The notes below the pieces were generated by a model, which saw nothing but the letters and a program-made list of their open reading frames with translations, had not been told where the DNA came from and did no database searches. Positions 51,280-61,864 of a DNA stretch of 64,000 nucleotides are shown one piece after another (within the stretch, counting starts at the first letter, position 1; every line of letters starts with the position of its first letter). Both the position numbers and the translations under genes were made by a program. Source of the DNA: Candidatus Bathyarchaeota archaeon. Its GTDB lineage: Archaea > Thermoproteota > Bathyarchaeia > Bathyarchaeales > Bathycorpusculaceae. The stretch is from the NCBI GenBank assembly GCA_963768425.1, contig CAVYHV010000022.1, positions 32,001 to 96,000 on the forward strand, in the 5' to 3' direction.

Positions 51280-51385
51280 ATGGTTGTGCCTCTTTCTGTT
51301 TAGCGTTAAATTAGAATGCGAATATGGTGGTAGTTAATCTTAAATATAACTGACGAATAACGCCTTTTGATTAACCTGGTGTACC

Positions 51386-52087
51386 ATGACCGTGTTGGTC
51401 GTCTCAAACATCGACCTAACCACTAAACTTCAAGTAGTGAAGCCCACAACGTTTTTAGACTCCACAATCAAAGAGCCCACACTTAACATTAACAACGAGT
51501 ACCGTTACCTCAAAACAGGCTACTACGTTTCTATGCACGCTGAAATCTTGGGCAACCGCGTGATTCCATCATGCGAAAATATCATTGACTCAAGCAGAAC
51601 CCCAGTTTTTCTTCTCAGAGCAGCCAAAGCAGGAGTGCTAACTTTACCCGTCCTCGTCACCGACTCAGTTAAAAAAATAACCAATGAACTCGGCTTCCCA
51701 GTGCTGATTTTCGCAGTTAACCCATTCATTTACGACGGCTACAAAATAGCCGGCAACAAAAGCGCCCTTTACCGCGCCATGAAAAGCTTAGGCATGAACT
51801 ACAAATTCGCGGTATGCGCGCAACCTCTAAGGGGAGAGCTTTCCGCAGTCAAAACATACTTCGGAAAAACCGTTAACCAAGACATTGACATCCAAAAAAT
51901 CGCTGAAAAAGTATACAGAATTTTCGGAATTCCAATTTGCAAATTGTACATACAAAAAACTGTTGACAAAGCTTATCTCTGTGGACTACAACCCGTAGAT
52001 AAAGAGGAGCTTTCCGAACAGGACTTGAAAATAATATCCAAAGAGGTCTCGCTCATTTCTGAGCAGGGTGAACCCTTCGGTGTCTAA
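51386..52087 (+). CDS. RLAN (RimK-like ATP-grasp N-terminal) domain protein
   Basis: LNINNEYRYLKTGYYVSMHAE..G.RVIPS signature. Confidence 0.8.
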   Translation: MTVLVVSNIDLTTKLQVVKPTTFLDSTIKEPTLNINNEYRYLKTGYYVSMHAEILGNRVIPSCENIIDSSRTPVFLLRAAKAGVLTLPVLVTDSVKKITNELGFPVLIFAVNPFIYDGYKIAGNKSALYRAMKSLGMNYKFAVCAQPLRGELSAVKTYFGKTVNQDIDIQKIAEKVYRIFGIPICKLYIQKTVDKAYLCGLQPVDKEELSEQDLKIISKEVSLISEQGEPFGV

Positions 52088-52958
52088 GATCGCGTGCTTT
52101 GTTGAGAAATATAATTTTACTGATCCCCGGGAGGAAGGCGCTCTTCAAAACTTCAAAGCAGCCGCTGAAAAACAGGGAAGCGAATTTCATTTCCTCTTCC
52201 GAGAAGACATATCCGAAGTCCCAAAATACGACGCGGTCTTCATCAGAGCAACAACCGACCCGTTGAACACGGCTTATGTGGTTTCTAAAACCGCTTGGGA
52301 ACTGGGTTTGAAAGTCATTGACGACCCAGAATCCATCACTATATGCGGAAATAAAATCCATCAGTACGCGCTGTTTGAAAAGTACAATGTTCCACGAATA
52401 CCGACAATGTTTCTTAACAAGGATGAGTTGCACCACAAAAAAATCAGCGAAATATTTGATGCACTGGGAAAACCCGTTGTCATAAAGGCGCCTTACACAA
52501 GTTTCTCACGTTACGTTGAGAAAGCCGCCTGCGAAACAAGTTTCCGAGATGTTGCTAAACGCTTCTTCCGAAAATCCGATGTTTTAGCCATTCAAAAGTT
52601 TACGCCAACAGCTTTCGATTGGAGAGTTGGCGTTCTAAACAATGATGTACTTTATGTTTGCAAATATATGATTCCCAAAGGCAAATGGAAACACGGCGCG
52701 AAACTCCGAGGCAAACCCACAGTCATTTGGGGAAGAACGGTCAGCCTCAGAAAACGAGAGATGCCATCAAGGCTCAGGGAAGTTGCTTTGAAAGCCTGCA
52801 GCGTTGTTGGGAAAGGGCTCTACGGCGTGGACATCAAAGAAGTCGACGGCGACTACGTTGTGGTCGAAGTAAACGACAACCCAAGTATCTACGCTGGCTA
52901 TGAAGACTCATCTGACCGCGATATTTACCGAAGAATCATAAACTACCTATCAGAATAG
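52068..52958 (+). CDS. RimK-family ATP-grasp ligase (probable GTG start 52080)
   Basis: YDAVFIRATT, VIDDPESI..C.NK, KAPYTSFS, FDWRVGVL, GLYGVDIK, VEVNDNPSI. Confidence 0.9.
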   Translation: MNPSVSKIACFVEKYNFTDPREEGALQNFKAAAEKQGSEFHFLFREDISEVPKYDAVFIRATTDPLNTAYVVSKTAWELGLKVIDDPESITICGNKIHQYALFEKYNVPRIPTMFLNKDELHHKKISEIFDALGKPVVIKAPYTSFSRYVEKAACETSFRDVAKRFFRKSDVLAIQKFTPTAFDWRVGVLNNDVLYVCKYMIPKGKWKHGAKLRGKPTVIWGRTVSLRKREMPSRLREVALKACSVVGKGLYGVDIKEVDGDYVVVEVNDNPSIYAGYEDSSDRDIYRRIINYLSE

Positions 52959-53020
52959 CCCCAGTCGCTAGGCACGTATTTATTTTAATGCTTGTTAATC
53001 CAGTGCAAGGAGATCGGGTA

Positions 53021-54001
53021 ATGCCCAAAAAAGAACATAACGCGCATAAAGAAGCAGTAAAAGACTACGAGCTAACCCAAGAAATGTCTGTGGATGAGCT
53101 TGTTCGCCAAATGGATAAGGCATGGGGTTTTACTGCTGGGAAACTTGCATCTGGCGTTAGCATCATGGAATCCATGATTAACACAAAGGGCTGCGTCAAA
53201 TTTCTCTCGTTCCCCGCCGACATAGTAGCCACAGGCACCCGAGGCGTGATCAAAGAATTGGTGAAACGAAAACTCGTTGACGTCCTCATAACAACCTGCG
53301 GCACATTGGATCATGATGTCGCGCGATGCTGGAAAGACTACTACAAGGGTAGCTTCATAATGAACGATTCAAGGCTTCATCGGGAAGGCTTAAACCGCCT
53401 AGGAAATGTGATCGTGCCCAATGATAGCTACGGAATAATCATCGAACAGAAAATCCAAGGGCTCCTCCAGGAACTCTATAAGGAAGGCAAACGAGAGCTT
53501 TCAACCAGCGAACTCTCTCGGGAAATCGGGTTACGCTGCTGCAACGAGAACTCGATTCTTTACTGGGCAGCCAAAAACAATATCCCAGTCTACGTTCCAG
53601 GCATAACCGATGGTGCAGTAGGCTACCAGCTATGGTTCTTCAGCCAAGACCACCATGACTTTAGAATTAACCTGCTTAAAGATGAAGGAGACCTCAACAA
53701 CATCATTTTCGACGCTAAAAAAAGCGGCGCATTAATCGTTGGCGGCGGCATCTCCAAACATCACACGATATGGTGGAACCAATTCAAAGACGGCTTAGAC
53801 TACGTAGTCTACATTAGCACCGCAGACGAATGGGACGGCAGTCTAAGCGGTGCAAGACCACGTGAAGCAGTTTCATGGGGAAAAATCAGCGAAAAAGCAA
53901 GGCGCATAATGATTGAGGGCGACGCCACAGTAATCTTGCCAATAATGACATGCTCCCTTCTAGAAAGGCTAAGCCAAAATAAAAAGGACAAAAAAGAATA
54001 G
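53021..54001 (+). CDS. dys: Deoxyhypusine synthase (canonical-type)
   Basis: TTCG.LDHD, NRLGN, PGITDG, GGGISKHH, DGSLSGA...EAVSWGK. Confidence 0.92.
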   Translation: MPKKEHNAHKEAVKDYELTQEMSVDELVRQMDKAWGFTAGKLASGVSIMESMINTKGCVKFLSFPADIVATGTRGVIKELVKRKLVDVLITTCGTLDHDVARCWKDYYKGSFIMNDSRLHREGLNRLGNVIVPNDSYGIIIEQKIQGLLQELYKEGKRELSTSELSREIGLRCCNENSILYWAAKNNIPVYVPGITDGAVGYQLWFFSQDHHDFRINLLKDEGDLNNIIFDAKKSGALIVGGGISKHHTIWWNQFKDGLDYVVYISTADEWDGSLSGARPREAVSWGKISEKARRIMIEGDATVILPIMTCSLLERLSQNKKDKKE

Positions 54002-54089
54002 ATGCACCATCTTCGTAACACGTTTTTCCACACTCATTGAGGAAACTTCGGTTTTTGGCGTAAACCTTAATTTAATGTAAGTTTGTTCT

Positions 54090-54776
54090 TTGTCTATGCA
54101 GAGATTGCGCATTTTTCTTTTGATTCTTGCAATAACATTCATTGTTTTAGTCATCCTTGCTTCGATTTCTTGGTACCTTTCTGTTTCAGCTCCGTCATAT
54201 TACAGGTCAAGCTGGATAGGTCAAATGTGGGGAAGCGTGACGGGCAATAGCTACGGAGGAATGGGAGGCATGATGGGAAACGGCGGTTCCGCCAACTCGT
54301 CTTACTACTGGGTAATTCCTGTTGCTTTGATTGCGACTGTTGCAGTCGCCATAATTGGAGTTAGCTTCTACTTGGTTTTTCCGCAGTTGGGATATATCAA
54401 GGGTGAACAATGCAACCCAGAGAAAATAGAGCCAAATCCGAGTCTAGTCAAGACCACGATTCCTGCAGCGGCGACCGGGTCATCCATTGCCAGCAACGTT
54501 TCAGACGCAGCGAACAGTTGCGATGTGCTTTTGAAAACGATGACCGTGGAAGAGCAGAAGGTTTTCAGTGTTCTAATGGCGCACCACGGAAAATACCTTC
54601 AAAAATACATAGTTAAGGAAGCAGGACTTAGCAGGCTCAAAACGCATCGGGTGGTTGCTCGTTTTGCCCAACGAGGCATCGTGACTGTTAAGGAGTTTGG
54701 AAACACCAACGAAATACAGCTTTCCGACTGGGTCAAAGAATCAAAACCCGAGAGTACTAACTGCAGTTTAGACTGA
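54090..54776 (+). CDS. Membrane-anchored protein with C-terminal winged helix
   Basis: Two TM helices flanking GGMGGMMG; C-terminal LQKYIVKEAGLSRLKTHRVV.RF..RGIV....GNTN. Confidence 0.75.
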   Translation: MSMQRLRIFLLILAITFIVLVILASISWYLSVSAPSYYRSSWIGQMWGSVTGNSYGGMGGMMGNGGSANSSYYWVIPVALIATVAVAIIGVSFYLVFPQLGYIKGEQCNPEKIEPNPSLVKTTIPAAATGSSIASNVSDAANSCDVLLKTMTVEEQKVFSVLMAHHGKYLQKYIVKEAGLSRLKTHRVVARFAQRGIVTVKEFGNTNEIQLSDWVKESKPESTNCSLD

Positions 54777-54903
54777 TCAATGAACTGGGAACCGTCAAAG
54801 ATGCAAAATATTGGAAATCAAACGTCAGTCTTTATCTAATTCGGGCGTAATGGTAAAGTAACTCATCAATCCTAAAAATACACTTAGAAGTGCAATAGCC
54901 AAT

Positions 54904-56018
54904 TTGTCAGCGCTCAAGCATTTTTCAACCCGCAAATCTTTCTTCTTCATCTTCATAGGCCTGACTGTTTTCATCCTATACTTGTATTTCTTTGCGGGAT
55001 TCAAACAAATACTGATAGTCCTAAAGGGAATAAACCCAGGACAATACGCTTTCTTCTATTCCCTTGCTATAGGCGCAGTTTTGGTCGGCAACTTTTTTTG
55101 GCTCGCATCGTGGCGAGCAGTTCTTAAGCAAGCTCAAAGTCAAGATTAGCTTGAAAAACGCTTTCTTGTACTACTGGACCGGCTACTTCGTTGACCTTGT
55201 TGTTCCCTGCGAAACCGTCTGCGGCGAACTCACAAGATTGTACCTTGTACACAAAGAAACCAATGACAATTACGGAGTCATCGCCGCCGGAGGAATAACG
55301 AACCGCATAATAGCCTACCTGATCGTTGTAACAGGGCTTTTCACAAGCGCAGGGCTTCTCTTCCTAAAATCTAACATTCCAGCAGTCGTGTTAACTGTTT
55401 TTATTTTCATCCTTGTCGGAGCGACGGCTTACCTCGCGATTCTGCTGTATTTGGCTTTCAGCGAAAAAGCGGCAGGAAGAATTGCGAACTTAGGATTAAG
55501 GGTTCTGAAGGTTCTGCGACCTAAAAAATACCGTTCAAGCAACCTTTCATCTGAGACAAAAGAAAGTCTTAGCCGCCTTTTACTCAGGATTCAAAATCTT
55601 CCGCGAAAACCCTAGATATCTAGCAAAACCGGTCATCTATCTGACAATATCATGGTTGTTTAACCTTTCACAGTATCTTCTGGTCTTTTTCGCGCTTGGC
55701 ATCTTCAACCAATCTTTCAGCTTCTTCATCATAATCTATTTTGTTGCCGGATCCTTGACAGATGTCTCTGCCAGTTTCTCGGTGGGCACTCTTGACATAC
55801 TCTTAGCGACGATTTTTGTGCTCTACGGCTTGAACCCAGCTCTTAGCGGAATCACAGCAGCCCTTGTAAGAAGTGTAACTTTCTGGTCCCCGTTGATAAT
55901 AGGCTATGTAATAGTACAGATCGTAGGAGCCAAGAACGTACTGGCGCCGCCTCCTCGCCAAGAAAAAAGCAATATCACTGCGCCAAAAGCAGCTAGCGTA
56001 ATTCCGGGAACCGAATAG
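54904..56018 (+). CDS. Flippase-like / lysylphosphatidylglycerol-synthase TM-family protein; frameshifts near 55135 and 55575
   Basis: Three consecutive hydrophobic ORFs with W..VL, GYFV..VP....GE..R, LVRSVTFW. Confidence 0.7.
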
Positions 56019-56199
56019 TAGATTTCAACAACAACATCAACAACAATAGTTTTTTTGGTGTCGTTGTTTACCTTGAATAATCAGAGTTTTGTCGAGTTAT
56101 GGCGAATAGATTCTTTGGAATTGCTCACTAAAACTAAAAAATAGAACTTTAAAAACCGATTGTTCGGATAAAAATAGGCTTGACAATAAAGTCAAGAGT

Positions 56200-57264
56200 T
56201 TATGTTACGCCTTTGAATAGCCAGTTCATATCTGGCCCTTTCCGCTTTTCAGGCATTCTCTCGCAAAGTGCATGTGCTATCAACGGCAGCGCAATAGTGG
56301 CGTCGCAGTAGCATACTGCTCGTGTTCCTTCTTGGCTGTTGATTTTGCCCCAACTGATGGCTTCTTCTAGTGTGCAGCCACTTAAGCCGCCCCACTGCTG
56401 TGAGTCTGTTGTGATTTGTATGGCATATTTGTGCGGGTAGTAGTATTCTTGTAGGCCTTTGCGTAAGCCGCCTTTTCTTCCTTTTACTCCTTGATCCTCA
56501 GTAAGCGGTGAAACGGAGATGGCGATAAGCTGAGTAAGGTCTTTTGGTACACCACCGCCGATGTAGACGACACCTACGTCTTTAGTTTTTGTACCTATGC
56601 TGATGAACTCATCGAATTCCCTAACAGAGTCAATGTGCACGCTGTGCCCTTGGTTTTTGGCCATTAGGAATGTTTCGCCATAAGCGCTGTCAACCATAGC
56701 TGGACTGAAAATTGGAACGCCGTTGGCTGCGGCAACGGTGGAGATAGCCGGAATCTTTTTCTTGCCAAGGTACTTGCCGAGCAAATACAGAAATTCGGCT
56801 GAGGTGTAGTAGTAGTCGGTTTTAAGGGTCATAACGAAGTCTGTCACTAATTCTTCCATTTTGCGGTAATCCGTCTCTTTCCCAAAAACATCATAGTACC
56901 TGTTTACGTCGGCCTTAAGCAACGCTGAATCGTCAACCATGTGGCTTCCCTGCCAGTAACCCAAGCCCATTGCGTCAACTATGTCTTCTGAAACGTTGGC
57001 GCCGGTGGAAACCAACACGTCAATGAAGCGGTTTTCCATAAGCCAATTGATAATTGTCCATTGCCCAGCCGTGCTCATTGAGCCAGCGAAACCCATAGCG
57101 ATAGTAAGTTCTTTTTCTTTAAGCATGTTTTCCCAGACATCTACTGCTTCGCCAAGTTTGCGTCCCTGGTAAGCGGTTCTGCTCATTTCTGAAAGAAGCT
57201 GAGAAATACTTTTTTGTTTGACTTTTATTGGTTCAAGTTTCTTTTTAAAGTATGATTCGCTCAT
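56200..57264 (-). CDS. Deoxyhypusine synthase-like paralogue (homospermidine-synthase-like)
   Basis: AGSMSTAG, STGAN..ED, PAMVDS, GGGVPKD, WGGLSG.TLEEAISWGK. Confidence 0.88.
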   Translation of the reverse strand: MSESYFKKKLEPIKVKQKSISQLLSEMSRTAYQGRKLGEAVDVWENMLKEKELTIAMGFAGSMSTAGQWTIINWLMENRFIDVLVSTGANVSEDIVDAMGLGYWQGSHMVDDSALLKADVNRYYDVFGKETDYRKMEELVTDFVMTLKTDYYYTSAEFLYLLGKYLGKKKIPAISTVAAANGVPIFSPAMVDSAYGETFLMAKNQGHSVHIDSVREFDEFISIGTKTKDVGVVYIGGGVPKDLTQLIAISVSPLTEDQGVKGRKGGLRKGLQEYYYPHKYAIQITTDSQQWGGLSGCTLEEAISWGKINSQEGTRAVCYCDATIALPLIAHALCERMPEKRKGPDMNWLFKGVT

Positions 57265-57576
57265 CCGCGAACACCCCGTTTTAGATTATTCGGCTTGTAT
57301 ATGAAATTTGTCATACCAAAAAGCTCCTGACAATGCATATCCAACTGATAATGTCCTTTAAACCCCCTTAACACTCTACCCAATGACATAAAGGCACTGA
57401 TGCCGAAATCTGTTTTCTCAAAGATCCAGCTATTTATCATTGACAAGCTTAATTTGTGATGTGCCATGATGTAAGGGAAACTCTTTGCGCGACTTTTTTT
57501 CCATGGAAAAAATGCTTTTCTTAAGCAACGGTTAAAAGGCAAATGATGCACAAACTAAATAACATCATAGTAAGGT

Positions 57577-58209
57577 TTGGTCATCAAAATGCAATCTGTT
57601 AAAACAGAACAGAAGAGAAAATTCATCTCCGTTGACCCAGCTAAGTGTATCGGCTGCGGAATCTGCGAGTACGCTTGCACGGTTGAGAAAGGCGAAGCAA
57701 TCTGGAACCCTATGAGGTCAAGAATCCGTGTTGTCCGCATGGCGCCGGCTTTCAACTTTGCCCTTTCATGTCGAGGCTGCAAGGATGCGCGATGCGTTAA
57801 AGCTTGCCCCGAACATGCAATCAGGCAGACAGAAGATACTGGTTTACTTGTAATCGATAATAAAGCTTGCAAGGGCTGCGACTGGTGCGTTCAAGCCTGC
57901 GAGCACGGTGGAATTACCATTAACCCTGAAACGGGACAAGCCATCGCATGTGACCTATGTCAAGGTGAACCAAAATGCAAGGAAGCATGCCCTGAAGAAG
58001 CTTTAGAAATCGTTGAGTCTGATGAAGCCGCTGACAAACGTTTCAACGAGGCACTGGCAGGTTTGGCGGTCCAATGTGAGCAAATGACCACGATGGCGAA
58101 GAACAAAGATTGGAAACCGCTATTAGCTACTGCCGAGAAACGGTCTGAAAAGGTTTCAGCTACGCTTGAAAAGCTGAACAAGAAGACAATGGAAAAAAGG
58201 CAGAAATAA
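57577..58209 (+). CDS. 4x[4Fe-4S] electron-transfer protein (CooF/DmsB-like) with helical C-terminus
   Basis: CIGCGICEYAC, CRGC..CVKACP, CKGCDWCVQAC, CDLC..PKC..ACP. Confidence 0.88.
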   Translation: MVIKMQSVKTEQKRKFISVDPAKCIGCGICEYACTVEKGEAIWNPMRSRIRVVRMAPAFNFALSCRGCKDARCVKACPEHAIRQTEDTGLLVIDNKACKGCDWCVQACEHGGITINPETGQAIACDLCQGEPKCKEACPEEALEIVESDEAADKRFNEALAGLAVQCEQMTTMAKNKDWKPLLATAEKRSEKVSATLEKLNKKTMEKRQK

Positions 58210-58215
58210 AAGACC

Positions 58216-59079
58216 CTATTCTTTTCCTTTTACTCTGTTTTCTTCATAACCCCTTAGGAAACTATCAATATCTAAACCGACCTTTTCGCACGCATATCCG
58301 CCCTCCAAGACAAAAAAAGCTGGTTTTTTCATGTTCGCAACTCTTTTGCCGATCTCCCAGTAATCGTGCTCTATCAGCCCTAAAGTCGCCAGATCACCAA
58401 CATGAGTGTCAAAGCCGCAGGAAACCGCGACGACCTCGACTTTATCGAAATTAACCAGGCACAGGGCTTTATCAAGCGTCTTTAAGTAAAGTTCTCCTCC
58501 TGCTTGAGGAGGCAAAACATAGTTGATGCAGTTTCCCTCGGTGAAGTCGCCTGTTCCCGGGTAATTCGGTGACTGATGCAGCGAAACGTATGTTACTTTT
58601 TTGTTGTCTTGAAATATCTCTTGGGTTCCGTTTCCATGGTGCCCATCTATATCCAAAATGAGTGTTTTTTTGCATAGTTTTTCGACAGCGATTGCGATGT
58701 TGTTGAGGTAGCAGAATCCACGTGTATGGACGCCTAATGCGGCGCCGCTTCTGCCAACGTGGTGTCCCGGTGGTCGCATGAGTGAGAAACCATTAGTTTC
58801 ACTTGCTAGAACTGCTCCGCCGGCAGAAAGCCTCGCGTACTCGTAGATGTCGGCGTATGCTGGCGTATCGGCGTCTTCAACTAAACCTTTTTTTAATTTC
58901 CAGAGGTAATCGGCATCGTGAACAGCAAGTAGATCATCTTCACAGGCTGGCTTGGGCTCCAAAAAACCGTATCCTTTCTCTTTGAGGATTTCAGATGCAA
59001 CCTTGACTCTTTGCGGTCCCTCGACATGCCAGGCTCCATAGCCTAAACACTTTTCAGAATAAACTATCGTGGTTTCCAT
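58216..59079 (-). CDS. Histone deacetylase/acetylpolyamine amidohydrolase family protein
   Basis: RPPGHH, GFCYLNN, DIDGHHGNGTQ, SLH, GFD, LEGGY. Confidence 0.93.
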   Translation of the reverse strand: METTIVYSEKCLGYGAWHVEGPQRVKVASEILKEKGYGFLEPKPACEDDLLAVHDADYLWKLKKGLVEDADTPAYADIYEYARLSAGGAVLASETNGFSLMRPPGHHVGRSGAALGVHTRGFCYLNNIAIAVEKLCKKTLILDIDGHHGNGTQEIFQDNKKVTYVSLHQSPNYPGTGDFTEGNCINYVLPPQAGGELYLKTLDKALCLVNFDKVEVVAVSCGFDTHVGDLATLGLIEHDYWEIGKRVANMKKPAFFVLEGGYACEKVGLDIDSFLRGYEENRVKGKE

Positions 59080-59173
59080 CAGTTAAGGCATCCATTACAC
59101 AGATAAGTAACGATTTAACTTTAAAAGATAACGAAGCAAAGTTGCCGTCGGAATCAAACGGAGAAAAATAAGA

Positions 59174-61123
59174 ATGTTTGCTGAAAACCCGTTCGAACAA
59201 TTTCGCAGTGAATGCCAAACCGTTTTAGCGAAGGCACTGAAGAAGACCTTGCCGGAAATAAAGATGCCCAACATCACGTTGAGCAAGACACCCAACATCG
59301 AGTATGGTCAGTTAGCGTCGTCGCTTTGTTTCGAGTTGGCGAAGAAATTGAATCAGAAGCCTCTTACCGTCGCTGAGCATCTCTCCGCCGCCATCGACAG
59401 CTCGAGCTTTAACTTGATTGAGAAGGTTTCGTGCGCTGGCGCCGGCTACATCAATTTTCACGTTAACTTCGCAAAGTTCTCAGCCCTAACCTTGGAATCT
59501 GTCAAGAAGCTAAAGTTTGAGTACGGGTTCGTCAAGACCTCCAAACCTCTTAAAATCATAGTTGAACACACCAGCGTCAATCCTCTTCACCCCATCCACA
59601 TTGGACAGGCTAGGAACCCAATGATCGGCGACGCTTTGGCACGTATTTTGGAGTGCAGGGGACACACAGTTTTCCGCCACTATTACATTGACGACGTGGG
59701 AAGACAGTCGTCTGTGGTGGCTTACGGATACAAAAAGCTGGGCAGACCCAAACCCACTGAGAAACCTGACCTTTTCGTGGGTAAAATTTACACTGTTACA
59801 AGCTGCTTGGTTGAAATTAACCGTTTGAAAAGGGTTCGCGATCTTGCCGCTGCAGTTAATTCGGTGGATGATTTGGCGAAGGCGAACAAAGAAATCGACG
59901 AGTGGATGTCTATTGCTGCCGAGCTCAAAGAGAAGTATCCCGTGCTGTTTGAAGCGTTGATGAACAAGATCAGCTTGGATGAGAATCCGGAGGAAGAAAT
60001 CAACAGGCTTAACCGCGCGTACGAGGACGGGGAACCCAAGGCTAAGCAACTTATCCGTGAAGTCAGCGATTTGTGCCTTGAAGGCTTCCGAGAAACCATG
60101 AAGCGCATCGGTGTGACCTACGACAGTTGGGATTGGGAAAGCGACTTCGTGTGGAGTACTCAGGTGAAGGAGGTTTTGCAGAAGCTGAAGACCACACCGT
60201 TCGTTTATGCCGAAAAAGGCGTGCTTGAGTTTGACGCTGAAAAAGTCACTCAGGTGCTTGGCTTAAAGGATAAGTTGGGTTTGAGCGAGAACAACGAAGT
60301 CTCACCTTTAACGCTTGGGCGCGCCGACGGCACTACACTCTACACAACACGTGACATAGCATACACCCTGTGGAAGTTCAAGAAGGCACAGAAAGTCATC
60401 AACGTCATCGGCATGGAACAGTCACTCGCGCAGCTGCAGCTCAAAATCGCTCTGTACGCTTTAGGCTACGGCGAATACGCCGACGACCTCGTGCACTTCG
60501 CCTACAACCTCGTCACTTTGCCCGGCTACAAGATGAGCAGCCGCAGGGGACACTACATCACTTTTGACGCGGTCCTTGACGAAGCAATCCAACGAGCTTA
60601 CGAAGAGGTTTCGAAGCGTTCACCCTTGCTGTCCGATGATGAAAAACGTAAAATTGCCAACTTCGTCGGGTTAGGAGCAGTACGCTACGCACTTGTCGAC
60701 GTTGACTCATCGAAGCCAGTGGTCTTTACCTGGGACCGCGTGCTTAACTTTGAAACCAACAGCGCACCATACGCGCAATACACCCACGCGCGAGCCTGCA
60801 GCATCCTACGCAAAGCAGCAAAGGAACCAGAGAACCCGGGCTACGAGTTGCTAGTGGAGAAGCTTGAATGCGAGCTTGTTTTGAACCTTGCTGGTTTCCC
60901 AGATGCTTTTGTCGAAGCCACGGAATACCTAAAACCCAATATGATTGCGGACTATGCGAACGCGCTGGCTGACAAATTCAACACCTTCTACAACGCGCTG
61001 CCAGTGCTGAAGGCGGATTCAAATAGGCTCATAGATGCACGCCTGACTTTGACCCAAGCTATAGAAATTGTGATGCACAACGCCCTAACTCTCATCGGTA
61101 TTGTCGCGCCAGACAAAATGTGA
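59174..61123 (+). CDS. argS: Arginine--tRNA ligase
   Basis: EHTSVNP..PIHIGQARN, RADGTTLYTTRD, KMSSRRG, YAQYTHAR..SIL. Confidence 0.97.
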   Translation: MFAENPFEQFRSECQTVLAKALKKTLPEIKMPNITLSKTPNIEYGQLASSLCFELAKKLNQKPLTVAEHLSAAIDSSSFNLIEKVSCAGAGYINFHVNFAKFSALTLESVKKLKFEYGFVKTSKPLKIIVEHTSVNPLHPIHIGQARNPMIGDALARILECRGHTVFRHYYIDDVGRQSSVVAYGYKKLGRPKPTEKPDLFVGKIYTVTSCLVEINRLKRVRDLAAAVNSVDDLAKANKEIDEWMSIAAELKEKYPVLFEALMNKISLDENPEEEINRLNRAYEDGEPKAKQLIREVSDLCLEGFRETMKRIGVTYDSWDWESDFVWSTQVKEVLQKLKTTPFVYAEKGVLEFDAEKVTQVLGLKDKLGLSENNEVSPLTLGRADGTTLYTTRDIAYTLWKFKKAQKVINVIGMEQSLAQLQLKIALYALGYGEYADDLVHFAYNLVTLPGYKMSSRRGHYITFDAVLDEAIQRAYEEVSKRSPLLSDDEKRKIANFVGLGAVRYALVDVDSSKPVVFTWDRVLNFETNSAPYAQYTHARACSILRKAAKEPENPGYELLVEKLECELVLNLAGFPDAFVEATEYLKPNMIADYANALADKFNTFYNALPVLKADSNRLIDARLTLTQAIEIVMHNALTLIGIVAPDKM

Positions 61124-61293
61124 CTTCGCCTTTCATCAAGCTTCACGATTAAATGGCATTTTTTGGTTGGTTTTGATCATAAGATGCTAGACTAGCTCCC
61201 TGTTGATCTTTCTTTTTCGTTTTACTCTATCCTATCGGCTGTCTGAGTGGTCCAAACAGGAACAATAGGACCGAGCAACAAAAAAGAGGACTC

Positions 61294-61758
61294 TCATTTT
61301 CCAAGCTCTTTTTCCATTGCTCTTGCCAAAAGCTTCCATGCAGCCGCATCTTCTTTGCACAGTTTCTGGGCAAGCGACTCAGCACCTGTCTGCGTTTGAT
61401 AATCCATGTGCAGACCTGTGAAATCTAAAATGGAAGCTTCACCTTCAGGCGAAATTTTATAGAGGAATTGAGAATACTTGTTTGGTCCCGTCAAATGCGT
61501 GGATACCCATGATAACTGATCTGGATAAAGTTGCACGAGTTTTTCCTTTTCACTTGTGCCAGTCGCTGTATGAAAGATGTCTTTCAGAATAATTGTGCCC
61601 TCGGCAATTTTGGTTACATGCCTCCCGGCGCCTTCGTCGCCCATTAACTTGTGGTCCTGCGGGTCAAAGGTGGTACACCATTCGAAAGCCCTCTTTGCGG
61701 AAACAGCGAAACGCTGACAGAAATGGTATCTTACAGGTAACGGCATAGCGGTCGCCAA
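61294..61758 (-). CDS. Hypothetical protein (SRPBCC-like fold possible)
   Basis: AFEWCTTFDP, beta-rich middle, C-terminal helix WKLLARAMEKEL. Confidence 0.6.
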   Translation of the reverse strand: MATAMPLPVRYHFCQRFAVSAKRAFEWCTTFDPQDHKLMGDEGAGRHVTKIAEGTIILKDIFHTATGTSEKEKLVQLYPDQLSWVSTHLTGPNKYSQFLYKISPEGEASILDFTGLHMDYQTQTGAESLAQKLCKEDAAAWKLLARAMEKELGK

Positions 61759-61864
61759 CTATTAAATCAGCGAACAACCCTTAATATTTTGTCTATCTAT
61801 GCCTGTTGGTGTGGAGAAAGGTGGACTTTAGTTCAGTTAAAAAAAGAAAAAAGGATTTTTGAGA

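Noticed and set aside
56027-56068. CAA-rich imperfect inverted repeat between convergent genes
   Set aside because: Low complexity; could be a terminator but cannot be separated from chance.
57261-57551. 96-aa minus-strand ORF and scattered TGACA/TGTCA words upstream of the second DHS
   Set aside because: The ORF occupies a divergent promoter and has no motif; the words show no consistent spacing.
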